Assembly (NCBI GenBank): GCA_902555055.1
Contig: CACDQN010000001.1
Location: 167,535-231,534 of the forward strand
Source of the DNA: an uncultured Candidatus Actinomarina sp.
Lineage (GTDB): Bacteria > Actinomycetota > Acidimicrobiia > Actinomarinales > Actinomarinaceae
Direction of reading: 5' to 3'
DNA: 64,000 bases
Shown here: positions 41,233 through 51,501 of the stretch, piece by piece
Layout: every line of letters starts with the position of its first letter
Numbering within the stretch: the first letter of the stretch is position 1
The notes under the pieces: generated by a model
What the model saw: only the letters and a program-made list of their open reading frames with translations
Database searches by the model: none
Told to the model about the DNA's origin: nothing
Program-made: the position numbers and the translations under genes

Positions 41233-42319
41233 ATTTATTATTGCATTGATAAAAGCAAATATAGTTCTTGGAGTGCTTTTAACAAATACAATACTCTTGA
41301 TATGGTTTGAAAGAAAACTAGTAGCAGGGATGCAATCTCGTGTAGGACCAGATAGAGCTGGACCTTTTGGAATATTGCAAACTGTAGCGGATGCTATCAA
41401 ACTTATGCTTAAAGAACAGATATTACCGCTTAAAGCTGATAGGGCTATGTATCTTCTTGCACCAATTGTCGCTTTAGTACCATCCTTCTTAATTTTTATG
41501 ATTATTCCACTTGGCCCAAATTTAAATATTGAGTTTGGTGGAGAAAATTACATAGTGGAATTTGTAGGAGCAGATCTAAATGTTGGTGTTTTATATTTCC
41601 TAGCTCTATCTTCAATCGCAGTTTATAGTGTTGTGCTAGCGGGTTGGTCCTCAGGTTCAAAATATCCTTTATTAGGAGGTGTAAGAGCTTCTGCGCAAAT
41701 GATTTCTTATGAAGCAGCTATGGGTTTAGCCCTAGTTCCAGTTATTTTATATTCAGGATCACTGTCCTTAGTTGATATTGTTGATAGTCAGTCAGGGAAT
41801 TTATCTAGTTCTATACCAATATTAAATTCAATTGTTTCCTTCATTCCAAAGTGGAATGTATTTCCACAGTTTGTAGCTTTCGGAATATTTTTTATTGCTG
41901 CTGTAGCAGAAGTAAATAGAGCACCATTCGATTTAGTTGAAGCTGAACAAGAGCTAGTTGGAGGCTTTCACACTGAATATTCTGGATTTAGATTTGCGAT
42001 GTTTTTTTTAGCTGAATATATAAATATGTTTAACATGTGTGCAATAACAGCAACATTTTTTTTAGGTGGATGGCTAGGACCTACATTTGAAAATTTCTTA
42101 CCTCCATTTTTGTCTTCTATAATGCCAATAATTTGGCTAGGGGTAAAAACTTTCAGCCTCCTTTTTATTTTTGTATGGATAAGAGCCACACTTCCAAGGC
42201 TTAGATATGATCAGCTAATGGAACTAGGGTGGAAAAGATTAATTCCCGCGTCTTTAGTTTGGTTAATCTTATCTGCAGTTGTTCTTGGCTTGAGAGAATT
42301 TGGACTACCTTGGAGTTAA
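41222..42319 (+). CDS. nuoH: NADH-quinone oxidoreductase subunit H
   Basis: Polytopic. Conserved ERK…QSRVGP and LAEY motifs. Confidence 0.92.
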   Translation: MSTEFIIALIKANIVLGVLLTNTILLIWFERKLVAGMQSRVGPDRAGPFGILQTVADAIKLMLKEQILPLKADRAMYLLAPIVALVPSFLIFMIIPLGPNLNIEFGGENYIVEFVGADLNVGVLYFLALSSIAVYSVVLAGWSSGSKYPLLGGVRASAQMISYEAAMGLALVPVILYSGSLSLVDIVDSQSGNLSSSIPILNSIVSFIPKWNVFPQFVAFGIFFIAAVAEVNRAPFDLVEAEQELVGGFHTEYSGFRFAMFFLAEYINMFNMCAITATFFLGGWLGPTFENFLPPFLSSIMPIIWLGVKTFSLLFIFVWIRATLPRLRYDQLMELGWKRLIPASLVWLILSAVVLGLREFGLPWS

Positions 42320-42322
42320 ATT

Positions 42323-42937
42323 ATGAGTGAAAGTTTTGGTTTATTTAAAGGTTTAAAAGTTACTTTTAAAGAACTTTTTAGAAAATCTGTAACAGATAAG
42401 TACCCAAAAGAATTTAGAGAAAAGCCACAACGATTTCATGGTCGACATGTTTTAAATAAGTATGAAGATGGTATGGAGAAGTGTATTGGTTGCGAACTTT
42501 GTGCTGGTGTTTGTCCTGCTCAATGTATTTACGTTAGAGGTGAAGACAACCCAGAGGACAACCCAGTAAGTCCTGGAGAAAGATACGGTTTTATATATGA
42601 AATCAATATGCTTAGATGTATTTATTGTGCACTTTGTGTAGAAGCATGTCCAACAGAAGCAATAACAATGACATCATTATTTGAAATGAGTGTAGCTAAT
42701 AGGTCTGAAGCAATTTTTGATAAGTCTGTTTTAGTTGTAAACGATGATGGTACACCGAACACACATGAGGAGCAGACAAAACTTACAAATATTAAAGATT
42801 TACAGACATCTGATGGCTGGATGAGAGCAACTTCTCCAAATGGAAATCCAAATTTCGAAAATATTGTGAATTGGTCTGGGTCCCTAGGTGTTGGAAAAAA
42901 AGATCCAGAAAAAGGTCAAACTCTGGAGGAAGAGTAA
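42323..42937 (+). CDS. nuoI: NADH-quinone oxidoreductase subunit I
   Basis: Two 4Fe-4S ferredoxin motifs (CIGCELCAGVCP and CIYCALCVEACP). Confidence 0.93.
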   Translation: MSESFGLFKGLKVTFKELFRKSVTDKYPKEFREKPQRFHGRHVLNKYEDGMEKCIGCELCAGVCPAQCIYVRGEDNPEDNPVSPGERYGFIYEINMLRCIYCALCVEACPTEAITMTSLFEMSVANRSEAIFDKSVLVVNDDGTPNTHEEQTKLTNIKDLQTSDGWMRATSPNGNPNFENIVNWSGSLGVGKKDPEKGQTLEEE

Positions 42938-42938
42938 A

Positions 42939-43466
42939 TTGTTTGAACTCTTAATTTTTTTCCTTCCTGCATCTATCTTGATTATCGGAGCCCTCATAGT
43001 AGTCTTTGCAAAAAACCCTGTTCATAATGCCATGGGCTTAGTTATGACATTAGTTTCACTTGCAATAATTTATATAACTTTAAATGCAACTTTTGTAGCA
43101 ATGGTGCAGATGCTAGTTTACGCAGGCGCAGTTATGACATTATTTCTTTTTGTGATAATGATGATCGGTGTGGACAAAAAAGAACAAACTTCAGATTCAA
43201 TTAAAGGTCAAACTTTTTTAGTAAGTGGAGTTTTCTTAATTCTGATATCCCTGTTGGGTTACGTAGCTGTAAATTCAGAATTTAGTTGGAACCTGTGGTT
43301 TCCAGCGGTTGAATATGTTGTTGAGGGAACACCTCAGTTAATTGCAGGAACACTCTTTACTACTTGGATATTCCCCTTTGAGATCATATCTATCTTGCTG
43401 ATTGTAGCTACTGCTGCAGCAATAGCTTTAGCTTATGATTTAAAAATAAGGAATAAAGATGCTTGA
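42939..43466 (+). CDS. nuoJ: NADH-quinone oxidoreductase subunit J
   Basis: Polytopic. I prefer the TTG at 42939, which lies 8 nt after a GGAGGA SD. The six-frame track starts at a GTG at 42888 with no SD and a 50-nt overlap with nuoI. Confidence 0.85.
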   Translation: MFELLIFFLPASILIIGALIVVFAKNPVHNAMGLVMTLVSLAIIYITLNATFVAMVQMLVYAGAVMTLFLFVIMMIGVDKKEQTSDSIKGQTFLVSGVFLILISLLGYVAVNSEFSWNLWFPAVEYVVEGTPQLIAGTLFTTWIFPFEIISILLIVATAAAIALAYDLKIRNKDA

Positions 43467-43767
43467 AGTTACTACAGATTGGTACTTAACACTAGCTGCA
43501 ATTCTTTTCTCTATTGGATTTTTTGGTATGATGATTCGAAAAAATGCATTAATAATGTTTATGTGCATTGAATTAATGTTAAATGCTGTAAATCTAACTT
43601 TTATTGCTGCATCAAAACACTTTGGTCAGATAGATGGACAAATTGCAGTATTTTTTGTTTTAGTTGTAGCTGCTGCTGAAGTTGTGGTCGGCCTAGCAAT
43701 AATTGTTTCAATATTTAGAAAACAATCCTCAGCTTCCGTTGATGTACTAAATGTCTCAAGAGGATAG
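43459..43767 (+). CDS. nuoK: NADH-quinone oxidoreductase subunit K
   Basis: About 100 aa with 3 TM helices. AAGGA SD. Confidence 0.92.
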   Translation: MLEVTTDWYLTLAAILFSIGFFGMMIRKNALIMFMCIELMLNAVNLTFIAASKHFGQIDGQIAVFFVLVVAAAEVVVGLAIIVSIFRKQSSASVDVLNVSRG

Positions 43768-43769
43768 TT

Positions 43770-45698
43770 TTGGATTTCTTATTTGTGCTTCCAATATTTC
43801 TTCCACTTCTAACCGCTATTTTTTTATTTTTAAATAAAAAAATATTTAATGAGTTAGTTACTAACTTTTTCACATTAAATAGTGCGCTTTTATCATTTGC
43901 AATTTCGTTTTTTGCTTTTGTTACTTTTGCCCTTGATAAATTTAAACCTATAAGCATAACTCTTTATCAATGGACTAGAACACCAGATATTACAATAGGT
44001 TTTACTCTTGATGGCCTATCAGGTGTTATGTTGCTTTTGGTAACCGGTCTTTCATTTGTAATACAACTTTTTTCAACTTCATATATGGAAAAAGATGAAA
44101 AACATAGCAATTATTTTGTGTATTTTAACTTCTTTGTATTTTCCATGTTGCTTTTAGTTATGTCATCAAACTTCTTAGTTATGTTTTTTGGGTGGGAATT
44201 AGTTGGGTTAAGTTCTTACTTATTAATTTCATTTTGGTCTCAAAAACCAGCTGCTGCTAAAGCTGGGAATAAAGCATTTGTTATTAATAGAATTGGAGAC
44301 TTTGGATTTCTGATTGGATTAATGATTGTTTTAAATACATTCAATACTTTTGATTTCTACACAGTCATGCAGAACTCAACCAATGTAAGTGAGAATACTA
44401 TTACAACTATTTCATTATTTTTACTATTAGGAGCTTTTGGAAAGTCTGCTCAATTTCCTTTATTTAGCTGGTTACCTGATGCTATGGAAGGACCTACCCC
44501 AGCTAGTGCTTTAATTCATGCAGCGACGATGGTCACAGCTGGAGTTTTTATGCTTGTACGAATCTCTCCTATGCTCCAACATTCTGTAACTGCGAGCATT
44601 GTAATTATATCTTTCGGCTTACTCACTGCACTAATAGCAGCATTTTCAGCAATGAATCAATATGATATCAAGAAAGTATTAGCTTACTCAACCATCTCAC
44701 AACTTGGCTTTATGTTTATCGCAATAGGAGCAGGTGCATATGTTGCAGCAATTTTTCACCTAGTTACACATGCCTTTTTTAAAGCACTCTTATTCCTAGG
44801 GGCTGGTGCGGTAATTCATTCTATGCATCATGAACAAGATATGAGAAAAATGGGTGGATTAAGAAAAAGAATGCCTATTACTGCTGGAATGATGGGCATT
44901 GGTACTTTAGCTATTTCAGGAATCCCTCCCTTGGCAGGTTTTTGGTCAAAAGACGAAATACTTGCATCAGTATTTGCTAAGGCAGGTATGGCAAACGAAT
45001 TGGTATTTTCTATAATGTATTATCTATTTTGGTCATTAACACTTGGCGCAGCTTTACTTACAGCTTTTTATATGGGTAGGCACTGGTTATTAATTTTTGA
45101 GAAGGATAATGGAATAGATCATTCAGAAGTTCAAGAGGCACCAAAAGCTATGACAAGACCATTAATCCTTTTAGGAATATTCTCAATTTTTATTGGCTTT
45201 ATTAACACACCTTTTTTTCATGGTTTAGAAAAAGTTCTTCATGAAACGCTTGAAAATGTTGAAGTAACTCATCTTCCTGAGGGCATAGCACTAGTTGTAT
45301 TAGCTGTTCTCTCTATAGGAGCAGGATTTACAGGACTAATTATTGCTTTTCTTATATTTGGATTTGAATTACATAAAAGAATTAATTTAGAAAAATTTAA
45401 ACTAGAGTCTCCAATAAATCTTGTAAAAGATCTTTCAAGCAATGTCCTGTATTTAAATAAATTTGGAAATGTATTTTTTGTTTCAGGGATGAAAAACTTT
45501 TCAAGAAAAGTAGCTGTCATTGTTGATGGGTTGGTAATAGATGGATCTGTTAATTTTATTTCTAGTGCATTTGGAAAAACTTCAAGAGTTACCTCAGCAA
45601 CACAAACAGGATTAGTTAGAAATTATGTTGTATATTTCGGCTTATTTTTAATATTGTTAATATCACTTTTTATTTTTACTCCCTTGGTGGCACAATGA
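43770..45698 (+). CDS. nuoL: NADH-quinone oxidoreductase subunit L
   Basis: 642 aa antiporter-like subunit with a long C-terminal amphipathic arm. Confidence 0.92.
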   Translation: MDFLFVLPIFLPLLTAIFLFLNKKIFNELVTNFFTLNSALLSFAISFFAFVTFALDKFKPISITLYQWTRTPDITIGFTLDGLSGVMLLLVTGLSFVIQLFSTSYMEKDEKHSNYFVYFNFFVFSMLLLVMSSNFLVMFFGWELVGLSSYLLISFWSQKPAAAKAGNKAFVINRIGDFGFLIGLMIVLNTFNTFDFYTVMQNSTNVSENTITTISLFLLLGAFGKSAQFPLFSWLPDAMEGPTPASALIHAATMVTAGVFMLVRISPMLQHSVTASIVIISFGLLTALIAAFSAMNQYDIKKVLAYSTISQLGFMFIAIGAGAYVAAIFHLVTHAFFKALLFLGAGAVIHSMHHEQDMRKMGGLRKRMPITAGMMGIGTLAISGIPPLAGFWSKDEILASVFAKAGMANELVFSIMYYLFWSLTLGAALLTAFYMGRHWLLIFEKDNGIDHSEVQEAPKAMTRPLILLGIFSIFIGFINTPFFHGLEKVLHETLENVEVTHLPEGIALVVLAVLSIGAGFTGLIIAFLIFGFELHKRINLEKFKLESPINLVKDLSSNVLYLNKFGNVFFVSGMKNFSRKVAVIVDGLVIDGSVNFISSAFGKTSRVTSATQTGLVRNYVVYFGLFLILLISLFIFTPLVAQ

Positions 45699-47182
45699 CT
45701 GGAATTATTCTTGCTCTCTTATTGGTACCACTTTTTAGTGCTCTTCTAGTATTTTCCATTCCAAATACTCGAAAAGAGCTTTTTAGACCTATTGGAATTG
45801 TGTTCTCTCTAATTACGTTTACACAATCTATGTACATCCTGTTTAGTGATTATTCAAAATCAGATTTCCAAATTTTATTTAGGTTTGAGTGGATTCAGGT
45901 TTATGGTTTAGAAATAAACCTTGGCATATCTGGAATGTCAACTTTACTTTTACTATTGAGCTCTTTACTTGTATTACTTTCTTTACTCTCTATTGGTAAG
46001 GACCATAGTGAGAGCAAAGGGTTCATTGGATCTATTTTAACTTTACATTTTGCAATTAATGGAGTTTTTATTAGTGGAGATTTAATTTCATTATTTATTT
46101 TCTTTGAAGCACTTTTGATACCTATGTATTTCCTAATGGGGATTTGGGGTGGTGATAATAGAAGATATGCAACTATTAAATTTATTTTATATACAGTCTT
46201 TGGTTCAATATTTATCTTTATAGGTACTGTTTACACAGCTGTCATAAGCTATGGAGTTAATGCAAGATTAGCAGTTGATTTTGAGACACTTTCTACTCTT
46301 CAAATAAGCGCTTCGCAATCTAAGACTTTATTTCTATTATTTACTTTTGGCTTTCTCATTAAAGTTCCTATTTTTCCTCTACATACATGGCTACCGGATG
46401 CACACGTTGAAGCTCCAACTGCAGGAAGTATTTTATTAGCAGGTATTTTATTAAAAGTTGGGGCCTATGGAATTCTTAGAGTTTCAATACCTTTCTTTAC
46501 TGAAGGTTTCCTTGAGTATAAAAATTTAGTCGCAGTGTTGTCTGTAATTGGCATTATATATGGTGCTATAGTTGCTATAGCTCAAATAGATATCAAAAAA
46601 CTTATTGCATATTCCTCAATTAGTCATATGGGATATGTAATGCTTGGTATATCAGCTGGAGAATTTTTAAGTATAGAGGGAGCAATTATTCAGATGATAA
46701 ATCATGGAATAACCGCTGGTGCTTTATTTATGTTGGTTGGCTTTATATACGAAAGAAGACATACAAGAAATATAAGCTCTTTTGGAGGAGTTAAGATATC
46801 AATGCCTAGATATGCTGCAATCTTTCTCTTCACATCTTTTGCATCGATAGGTTTACCAGGATTGAATGGTTTCGTAGGAGAGTTTATGATTTTGATGGGA
46901 AGCTATAATTCCTATAAAGTTTTAACTTCGATAGCTGCTTTCGGCGTTGTCCTAGCTGCAATTTATATGCTGTGGACATATCAAAGAGTATTTACAGGAC
47001 CTCTATCAAATGAAGAGAATAAAAATTTACAAGACTTGAATTTAAGAGAAACGGTATCTATTTTCCCTTTGGTTTTACTAATGTTGTTTATAGGGATTTA
47101 TCCAAGTTATATTGAGAGCTTTGTTATTCAAGAAGCAGGAAATTTAAGTGAAACAATATCATTATTCAGGAGTACAAAATGA
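45695..47182 (+). CDS. nuoM: NADH-quinone oxidoreductase subunit M
   Basis: Antiporter-like subunit. ATGA overlap with nuoL. Confidence 0.92.
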   Translation: MTGIILALLLVPLFSALLVFSIPNTRKELFRPIGIVFSLITFTQSMYILFSDYSKSDFQILFRFEWIQVYGLEINLGISGMSTLLLLLSSLLVLLSLLSIGKDHSESKGFIGSILTLHFAINGVFISGDLISLFIFFEALLIPMYFLMGIWGGDNRRYATIKFILYTVFGSIFIFIGTVYTAVISYGVNARLAVDFETLSTLQISASQSKTLFLLFTFGFLIKVPIFPLHTWLPDAHVEAPTAGSILLAGILLKVGAYGILRVSIPFFTEGFLEYKNLVAVLSVIGIIYGAIVAIAQIDIKKLIAYSSISHMGYVMLGISAGEFLSIEGAIIQMINHGITAGALFMLVGFIYERRHTRNISSFGGVKISMPRYAAIFLFTSFASIGLPGLNGFVGEFMILMGSYNSYKVLTSIAAFGVVLAAIYMLWTYQRVFTGPLSNEENKNLQDLNLRETVSIFPLVLLMLFIGIYPSYIESFVIQEAGNLSETISLFRSTK

Positions 47183-48651
47183 CCGTAATTTCTGATATCT
47201 TAGGCTTTAACTTTGTTGTTATTGGTCCAACCTTAACTCTTCTTGCAACAGCTTTGATACTCCTTTTTGTAACAATTACTATTTCAACACCCACATTTGT
47301 AAAAAAATATGTTACTTTATTTGGTATTTTGTCTACTGTCTTTGCTGTATTTCTAAAATTTGGCTTATTTCTCTCAGATGGCGTCTCTTCTTATTTTTCT
47401 GAAAAAATTCTCTTAGATGAATTTGCTCTTGTAGGTAATGTATTAGTGGTTTTAGTTTTGCTGTTTACTTTTAATTCTTTTTGGAACACATCTTCTCAAA
47501 TAGATAACAAAACAACAGAAGCGTTAATTCTAATTTTAATGTCCGCCTCAGGATTTTTACTGATGGTGGATTCTGAAAATTTTATTATGTTATTTATAGG
47601 TCTAGAGATTGGCTCCATAAGCCTCTATGCTCTTGCTGGTTTAAATAGAGGAGATCAGCTTAGTAACGAGGCATCGTTGAAATATTTTCTTTTGGGGTCA
47701 CTAGCATCCTGTATATTAATTTATGGTATCGCATTGGTTTATGTCTCCTTATCTATAAGTGGTGTTTATGAAACTAGCATAGCAATAAGCTTTATTGGCC
47801 CTGAAAATGTTCCACTAACAAGTCTTATTGGGCTGATATTCATAATTGTTGGATTGTTGTTCAAGGTTGCAGCAGCTCCATTTCAAGCATGGGCTCCTGA
47901 TGTTTACCAAGGTTCTCCAACTGGTTATGTGGGGTACATGGCCTCAGTAGCAAAAGTTTCATCATTTATTGTTTTAGCTAGACTTTCAGCGGTGTCGTTA
48001 ACTTTTATAATTGATAAATTCAATTTATTTTTTACTGCTGTCATAATACTTTCCGTATTATTAGGTGCATTATTTGCAACTAATCAATCTGATCTCAAGA
48101 GATTGATAGCTTACAGTGGAGTTATACAATCTGGATTTATTCTTTCTGGTATATCGTTTGGAGTATATGGAATAAGTGCATCCATTTTCTATCTCACAAC
48201 ATACATCATTCAGCTTATTGGCATTTTCACAATTTTCTCAATAATTAGTGGTCAACTTAGTTCAAATTTTGCAATAAGTAATTTATCAGGACTATTCAAG
48301 GAAAATAAGTTTTTAACTATTACTTTTTCTATATTTATGCTTGGGATTGCAGGGCTACCATTGACGAGTGGTTTTGTATCGAAGTTTATTCTAATTACAA
48401 ACTTGTGGTCCTATGAAAAATATCTATTAGTTACAGTATTGATGCTTTCTACTGTTGCTGGATTTTATTTTTACTTAAAACCTATTTGGGTTGCTGCAGT
48501 GGAAAAAACAGATAATACTATTGAGAAAATTAAAATACAAAATTCTGATAAATTGTTAATTTCCACACTTGCCTTTCTAACTATTTATTTAGGACTATTA
48601 CCTAACACACTTGTAAATATTTCTCGTTGGATGGTAGAAAACTACCTTTAA
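47179..48651 (+). CDS. nuoN: NADH-quinone oxidoreductase subunit N
   Basis: Antiporter-like subunit. ATGA overlap with nuoM. Confidence 0.92.
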   Translation: MTVISDILGFNFVVIGPTLTLLATALILLFVTITISTPTFVKKYVTLFGILSTVFAVFLKFGLFLSDGVSSYFSEKILLDEFALVGNVLVVLVLLFTFNSFWNTSSQIDNKTTEALILILMSASGFLLMVDSENFIMLFIGLEIGSISLYALAGLNRGDQLSNEASLKYFLLGSLASCILIYGIALVYVSLSISGVYETSIAISFIGPENVPLTSLIGLIFIIVGLLFKVAAAPFQAWAPDVYQGSPTGYVGYMASVAKVSSFIVLARLSAVSLTFIIDKFNLFFTAVIILSVLLGALFATNQSDLKRLIAYSGVIQSGFILSGISFGVYGISASIFYLTTYIIQLIGIFTIFSIISGQLSSNFAISNLSGLFKENKFLTITFSIFMLGIAGLPLTSGFVSKFILITNLWSYEKYLLVTVLMLSTVAGFYFYLKPIWVAAVEKTDNTIEKIKIQNSDKLLISTLAFLTIYLGLLPNTLVNISRWMVENYL

Positions 48652-48785
48652 TGTTAATTAAATTTATTCCCCCACCAGTAATGCATCATCAAGGCGGCTG
48701 GGATGAAATGTTAATGTTTTTAATACCTGCTTTGCTTTTAACTTGGTTAAGAAATAAGCAGAAAAATGAAAATTCTGAAGATTAA
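48651..48785 (+). CDS. candidate 44-aa small membrane protein translationally coupled (TAATG) to the nuoN stop
   Basis: MLIKFIPPPVMHHQGGWDEMLMFLIPALLLTWLRNKQKNENSED: one predicted TM helix and a basic/acidic tail. Not in the ORF track because it is under 60 aa. Confidence 0.35.
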   Translation: MLIKFIPPPVMHHQGGWDEMLMFLIPALLLTWLRNKQKNENSED

Positions 48786-48790
48786 TTTAA

Positions 48791-49357
48791 TCAATAATTT
48801 TCTAAATACAAAGTTAGGTCATGTATAAGTAAATTTATATTTGTTCTATTTTTATTTGCCATATCAATTCTAAAATCATCAATACTAAAATTAAACTTTT
48901 TAAGAAATACATTTTTTTCGTTATTATTTAATCCAAGCTTATTTAATTCCTCTACTAAGTCTTCATACATATCGATCTCCGGAAAGTCATCGGTGTCAGA
49001 AAGAAGAACAAATGCAGCATAAATATTTTTTCCAAGTATAAAATTTTTATAAAGAAATTCTCTGTAATCAATAAACATAGTTTTTATATTTTCTTTTGGA
49101 TCATCCTGTAATTTTTCACGATATTGAGTTGTCATTTTTTTATAAACATGATTAATTACACCTGCTAAAAACATGTTAAATGAATCAAAGTGTTCATAAA
49201 TTGTTGTTTTTGAAATTTTCGTAAGATTGGTAATAGAGTTGAGTGACAATTCAGTCAAAAGTTCGTTGCTTAAAAGGTTTTCACCAGCTTCAAGTAATTC
49301 ATCATGGGCAGATTCATAACGTTTTTTAGCAGCAACTTTACGCTTATCCATAGGCAA
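48791..49357 (-). CDS. TetR/AcrR-family transcriptional regulator
   Basis: N-terminal HTH (LSLNSITNLTKISKTTIYEHFDS). Divergent from the ABC exporter genes. Confidence 0.75.
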   Translation of the reverse strand: MPMDKRKVAAKKRYESAHDELLEAGENLLSNELLTELSLNSITNLTKISKTTIYEHFDSFNMFLAGVINHVYKKMTTQYREKLQDDPKENIKTMFIDYREFLYKNFILGKNIYAAFVLLSDTDDFPEIDMYEDLVEELNKLGLNNNEKNVFLKKFNFSIDDFRIDMANKNRTNINLLIHDLTLYLENY

Positions 49358-49414
49358 TTATAAAGATTTAGTGTTTTTTCCCCTATTGTTAATTGTTAAA
49401 TTTCTGTAAACAAG

Positions 49415-49428
49415 CGGAAAAGTTTCCG
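49415..49428. promoter_or_regulatory. inverted repeat CGGAAA-ag-TTTCCG in the TetR/ABC divergent region; candidate TetR operator
   Basis: Perfect 6-bp half-sites with a 2-bp spacer. An adjacent direct repeat TTGTTAATTGTTAA is also present. Confidence 0.3.
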
Positions 49429-49492
49429 AGAGATTTTATAAATTTATGCGAATGTTTTTAGGGTTATATTTTTTAACTTCTAAAATCGAATT

Positions 49493-50206
49493 ATGATAGA
49501 AATAAAAAACCTCACAATGAAATACAAAAATGGAAAAGGTGTAGAAGACATCAATATAACTGTTGACAATGGTGAGGTTAAGGGTCTTTTGGGCCCTAAT
49601 GGTGCGGGGAAATCAACAACCATGAGAAGTCTTATGGGTTTTTTAAATTCTTCAGAAGGCTCTTTGTTTGTCGAAGGCATAGATACAATTGAAAATCCAG
49701 TTGAAGCAAAAGAAATCATTGGTTACCTTCCTGGAGACCCACAGCTTCCACAAAATCTAAATGCTAAATCACTCTTTAAACTTGGTGCTGATATGAGAGG
49801 TCAGTCAACTGATTACGCAATGGAACTGGCAGAAAAGTTTGAGTTAGAAGTAGGTCAATCCATTAAAGAGCTTTCTAAAGGTAATAGGCAAAAAGTAGCC
49901 ATAATTCTTTCAGTGTTACATAAGCCAAAAGCTTTAATTCTAGATGAACCAACTTCTGGCTTAGATCCATTTCACCAGAGATCATTTTTTGAAATAGTGA
50001 AAGAATTTTCAAATAATGGAGCATCTATACTTTTGTCATCCCATATTATTTCAGAGGTTGAAAAAGTTGCTGACTCTATGGCTGTCTTAAGAAATGGTGT
50101 AAAAGTTTATGATGAAACCTATGAAACATTTTTAAAAAAGGCAAAAGATGATGATGAAGATTTAGAAGATGCTTTTTTTAAATTTTATGATCGAGAAGAG
50201 GAGTAA
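49493..50206 (+). CDS. ABC transporter ATP-binding protein (ABC-2 exporter type)
   Basis: Walker A GPNGAGKST, signature LSKGNRQKVAI, Walker B LILDEPTSGLD. Confidence 0.85.
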   Translation: MIEIKNLTMKYKNGKGVEDINITVDNGEVKGLLGPNGAGKSTTMRSLMGFLNSSEGSLFVEGIDTIENPVEAKEIIGYLPGDPQLPQNLNAKSLFKLGADMRGQSTDYAMELAEKFELEVGQSIKELSKGNRQKVAIILSVLHKPKALILDEPTSGLDPFHQRSFFEIVKEFSNNGASILLSSHIISEVEKVADSMAVLRNGVKVYDETYETFLKKAKDDDEDLEDAFFKFYDREEE

Positions 50207-51030
50207 TGTTTAATTATATTAAATACATGATTACGGTACCTAGAAAATTTATTTTAAATTGGTCAATAGCTGGAGGAGCTTATTTATTAATACTTCCTTT
50301 AGCTTTTGCAAATTCAAGTGTAGAAAGTCTACTTATTGATACTCAAAGAGAAGCTTTTAGGGGAATGTCTGAAAACGACACAGCTATGAGCTTATTAGGA
50401 ATATCAGACTGGGATAACGTTTTTACACTTGAAGGTATGGTCACTACTTATTTCTTAGTACCATTTGTACCACTTTTGATAGGTACAGCCACAATTATTC
50501 TTTTAAATAAGTTGGGATCAAAAGCTGAGGAAGACGGAACTTTTGAATTTGTTGCTGCACTGCCAATGACAAGATTGACTGTATATATCTCACAGGCATT
50601 AGTTACAGTTCTCTTTGGTTTATTTGTAACCTTTGCATGGACTAATATCATGTTTATTCCTATAGCAACTATGGAACTAAGTCAGACGCTTGATTATGGA
50701 CCTCTAATGAAAGCAACATTACAAGCAGGATTAGCTGGTGTGAGTTTTGGTGCACTCGGCTTTGCACTCGGTGCTTTTACTGGAAAATCTTCAATGGCAT
50801 GGGCTTTCGGTGGAGGATTAATGGTTTTCGAGTATCTTGCAACTTCACTTTCTGGGACGAATGATTTCTTTCAATGGATTGATGATAATATTTCATCATT
50901 TGGAGCTTACGGAAATCCTTACCAAGATGGATTAATAGGTGCAGATTTAATGCTTGTGTTAATAAAGATTGCTATCTTTCTAACCATTGGGTTCATTGGA
51001 TTTAGAAATAGATCTTTAAATCTAAGATAA
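50206..51030 (+). CDS. ABC-2 family transporter permease
   Basis: Six TM segments. Coupled (ATG overlapping the stop) to the ATPase gene. Confidence 0.7.
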   Translation: MFNYIKYMITVPRKFILNWSIAGGAYLLILPLAFANSSVESLLIDTQREAFRGMSENDTAMSLLGISDWDNVFTLEGMVTTYFLVPFVPLLIGTATIILLNKLGSKAEEDGTFEFVAALPMTRLTVYISQALVTVLFGLFVTFAWTNIMFIPIATMELSQTLDYGPLMKATLQAGLAGVSFGALGFALGAFTGKSSMAWAFGGGLMVFEYLATSLSGTNDFFQWIDDNISSFGAYGNPYQDGLIGADLMLVLIKIAIFLTIGFIGFRNRSLNLR

Positions 51031-51069
51031 ATATTTCGTACAATTTCAATTATTACGTAATATTAACCT

Positions 51070-51501
51070 ATGCCAAATTTCTCAAGAACTATAACTGTTA
51101 AAGAAGACATAAATACTGTTTATGACTTCATGTCTGATTTTCGTAATTTGAGTAAATGGGCTGAGGGCGATGATGGTGAGTTAATAACAAAAGAGCCTCT
51201 AAGACTTGGCTCAGTATTTAGAGTTAAAACTCACTTTAACAATAAACCAAGAGTTTATGATTATGAAGTAGTTGAATGGGGACCTCCATTAAGAGTTTCC
51301 CTTGAAGCAAAAGCAAGCATTTTTACAATCGTAGATACTATATTTTTGTCAGCAAATTCTAAAGGAACTGAGTTAACGTACTCAGTAAATATAAAATTTA
51401 AATTTCCTTACGTAATACTCGCACCCTTTGTAAGTATTTTGTTTAATAAAGTTATGGATACCCAGATAAAGAGCTTAGGGGAAGTCCTTGGTGAGGCTTA
51501 A
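51070..51501 (+). CDS. SRPBCC-family protein (polyketide cyclase/dehydrase-like, START fold)
   Basis: N-terminal motif TITVKEDINTVYDFMSDFRNLSKWAEG, typical of the Polyketide_cyc2 family. Confidence 0.55.
   Translation: MPNFSRTITVKEDINTVYDFMSDFRNLSKWAEGDDGELITKEPLRLGSVFRVKTHFNNKPRVYDYEVVEWGPPLRVSLEAKASIFTIVDTIFLSANSKGTELTYSVNIKFKFPYVILAPFVSILFNKVMDTQIKSLGEVLGEA

Noticed and set aside
42888-42938. GTG at 42888 as the nuoJ start (as in the ORF track)
   Set aside because: It would overlap nuoI by 50 nt and has no SD. The TTG at 42939 lies 8 nt after GGAGGA and gives a typical NuoJ N-terminus.
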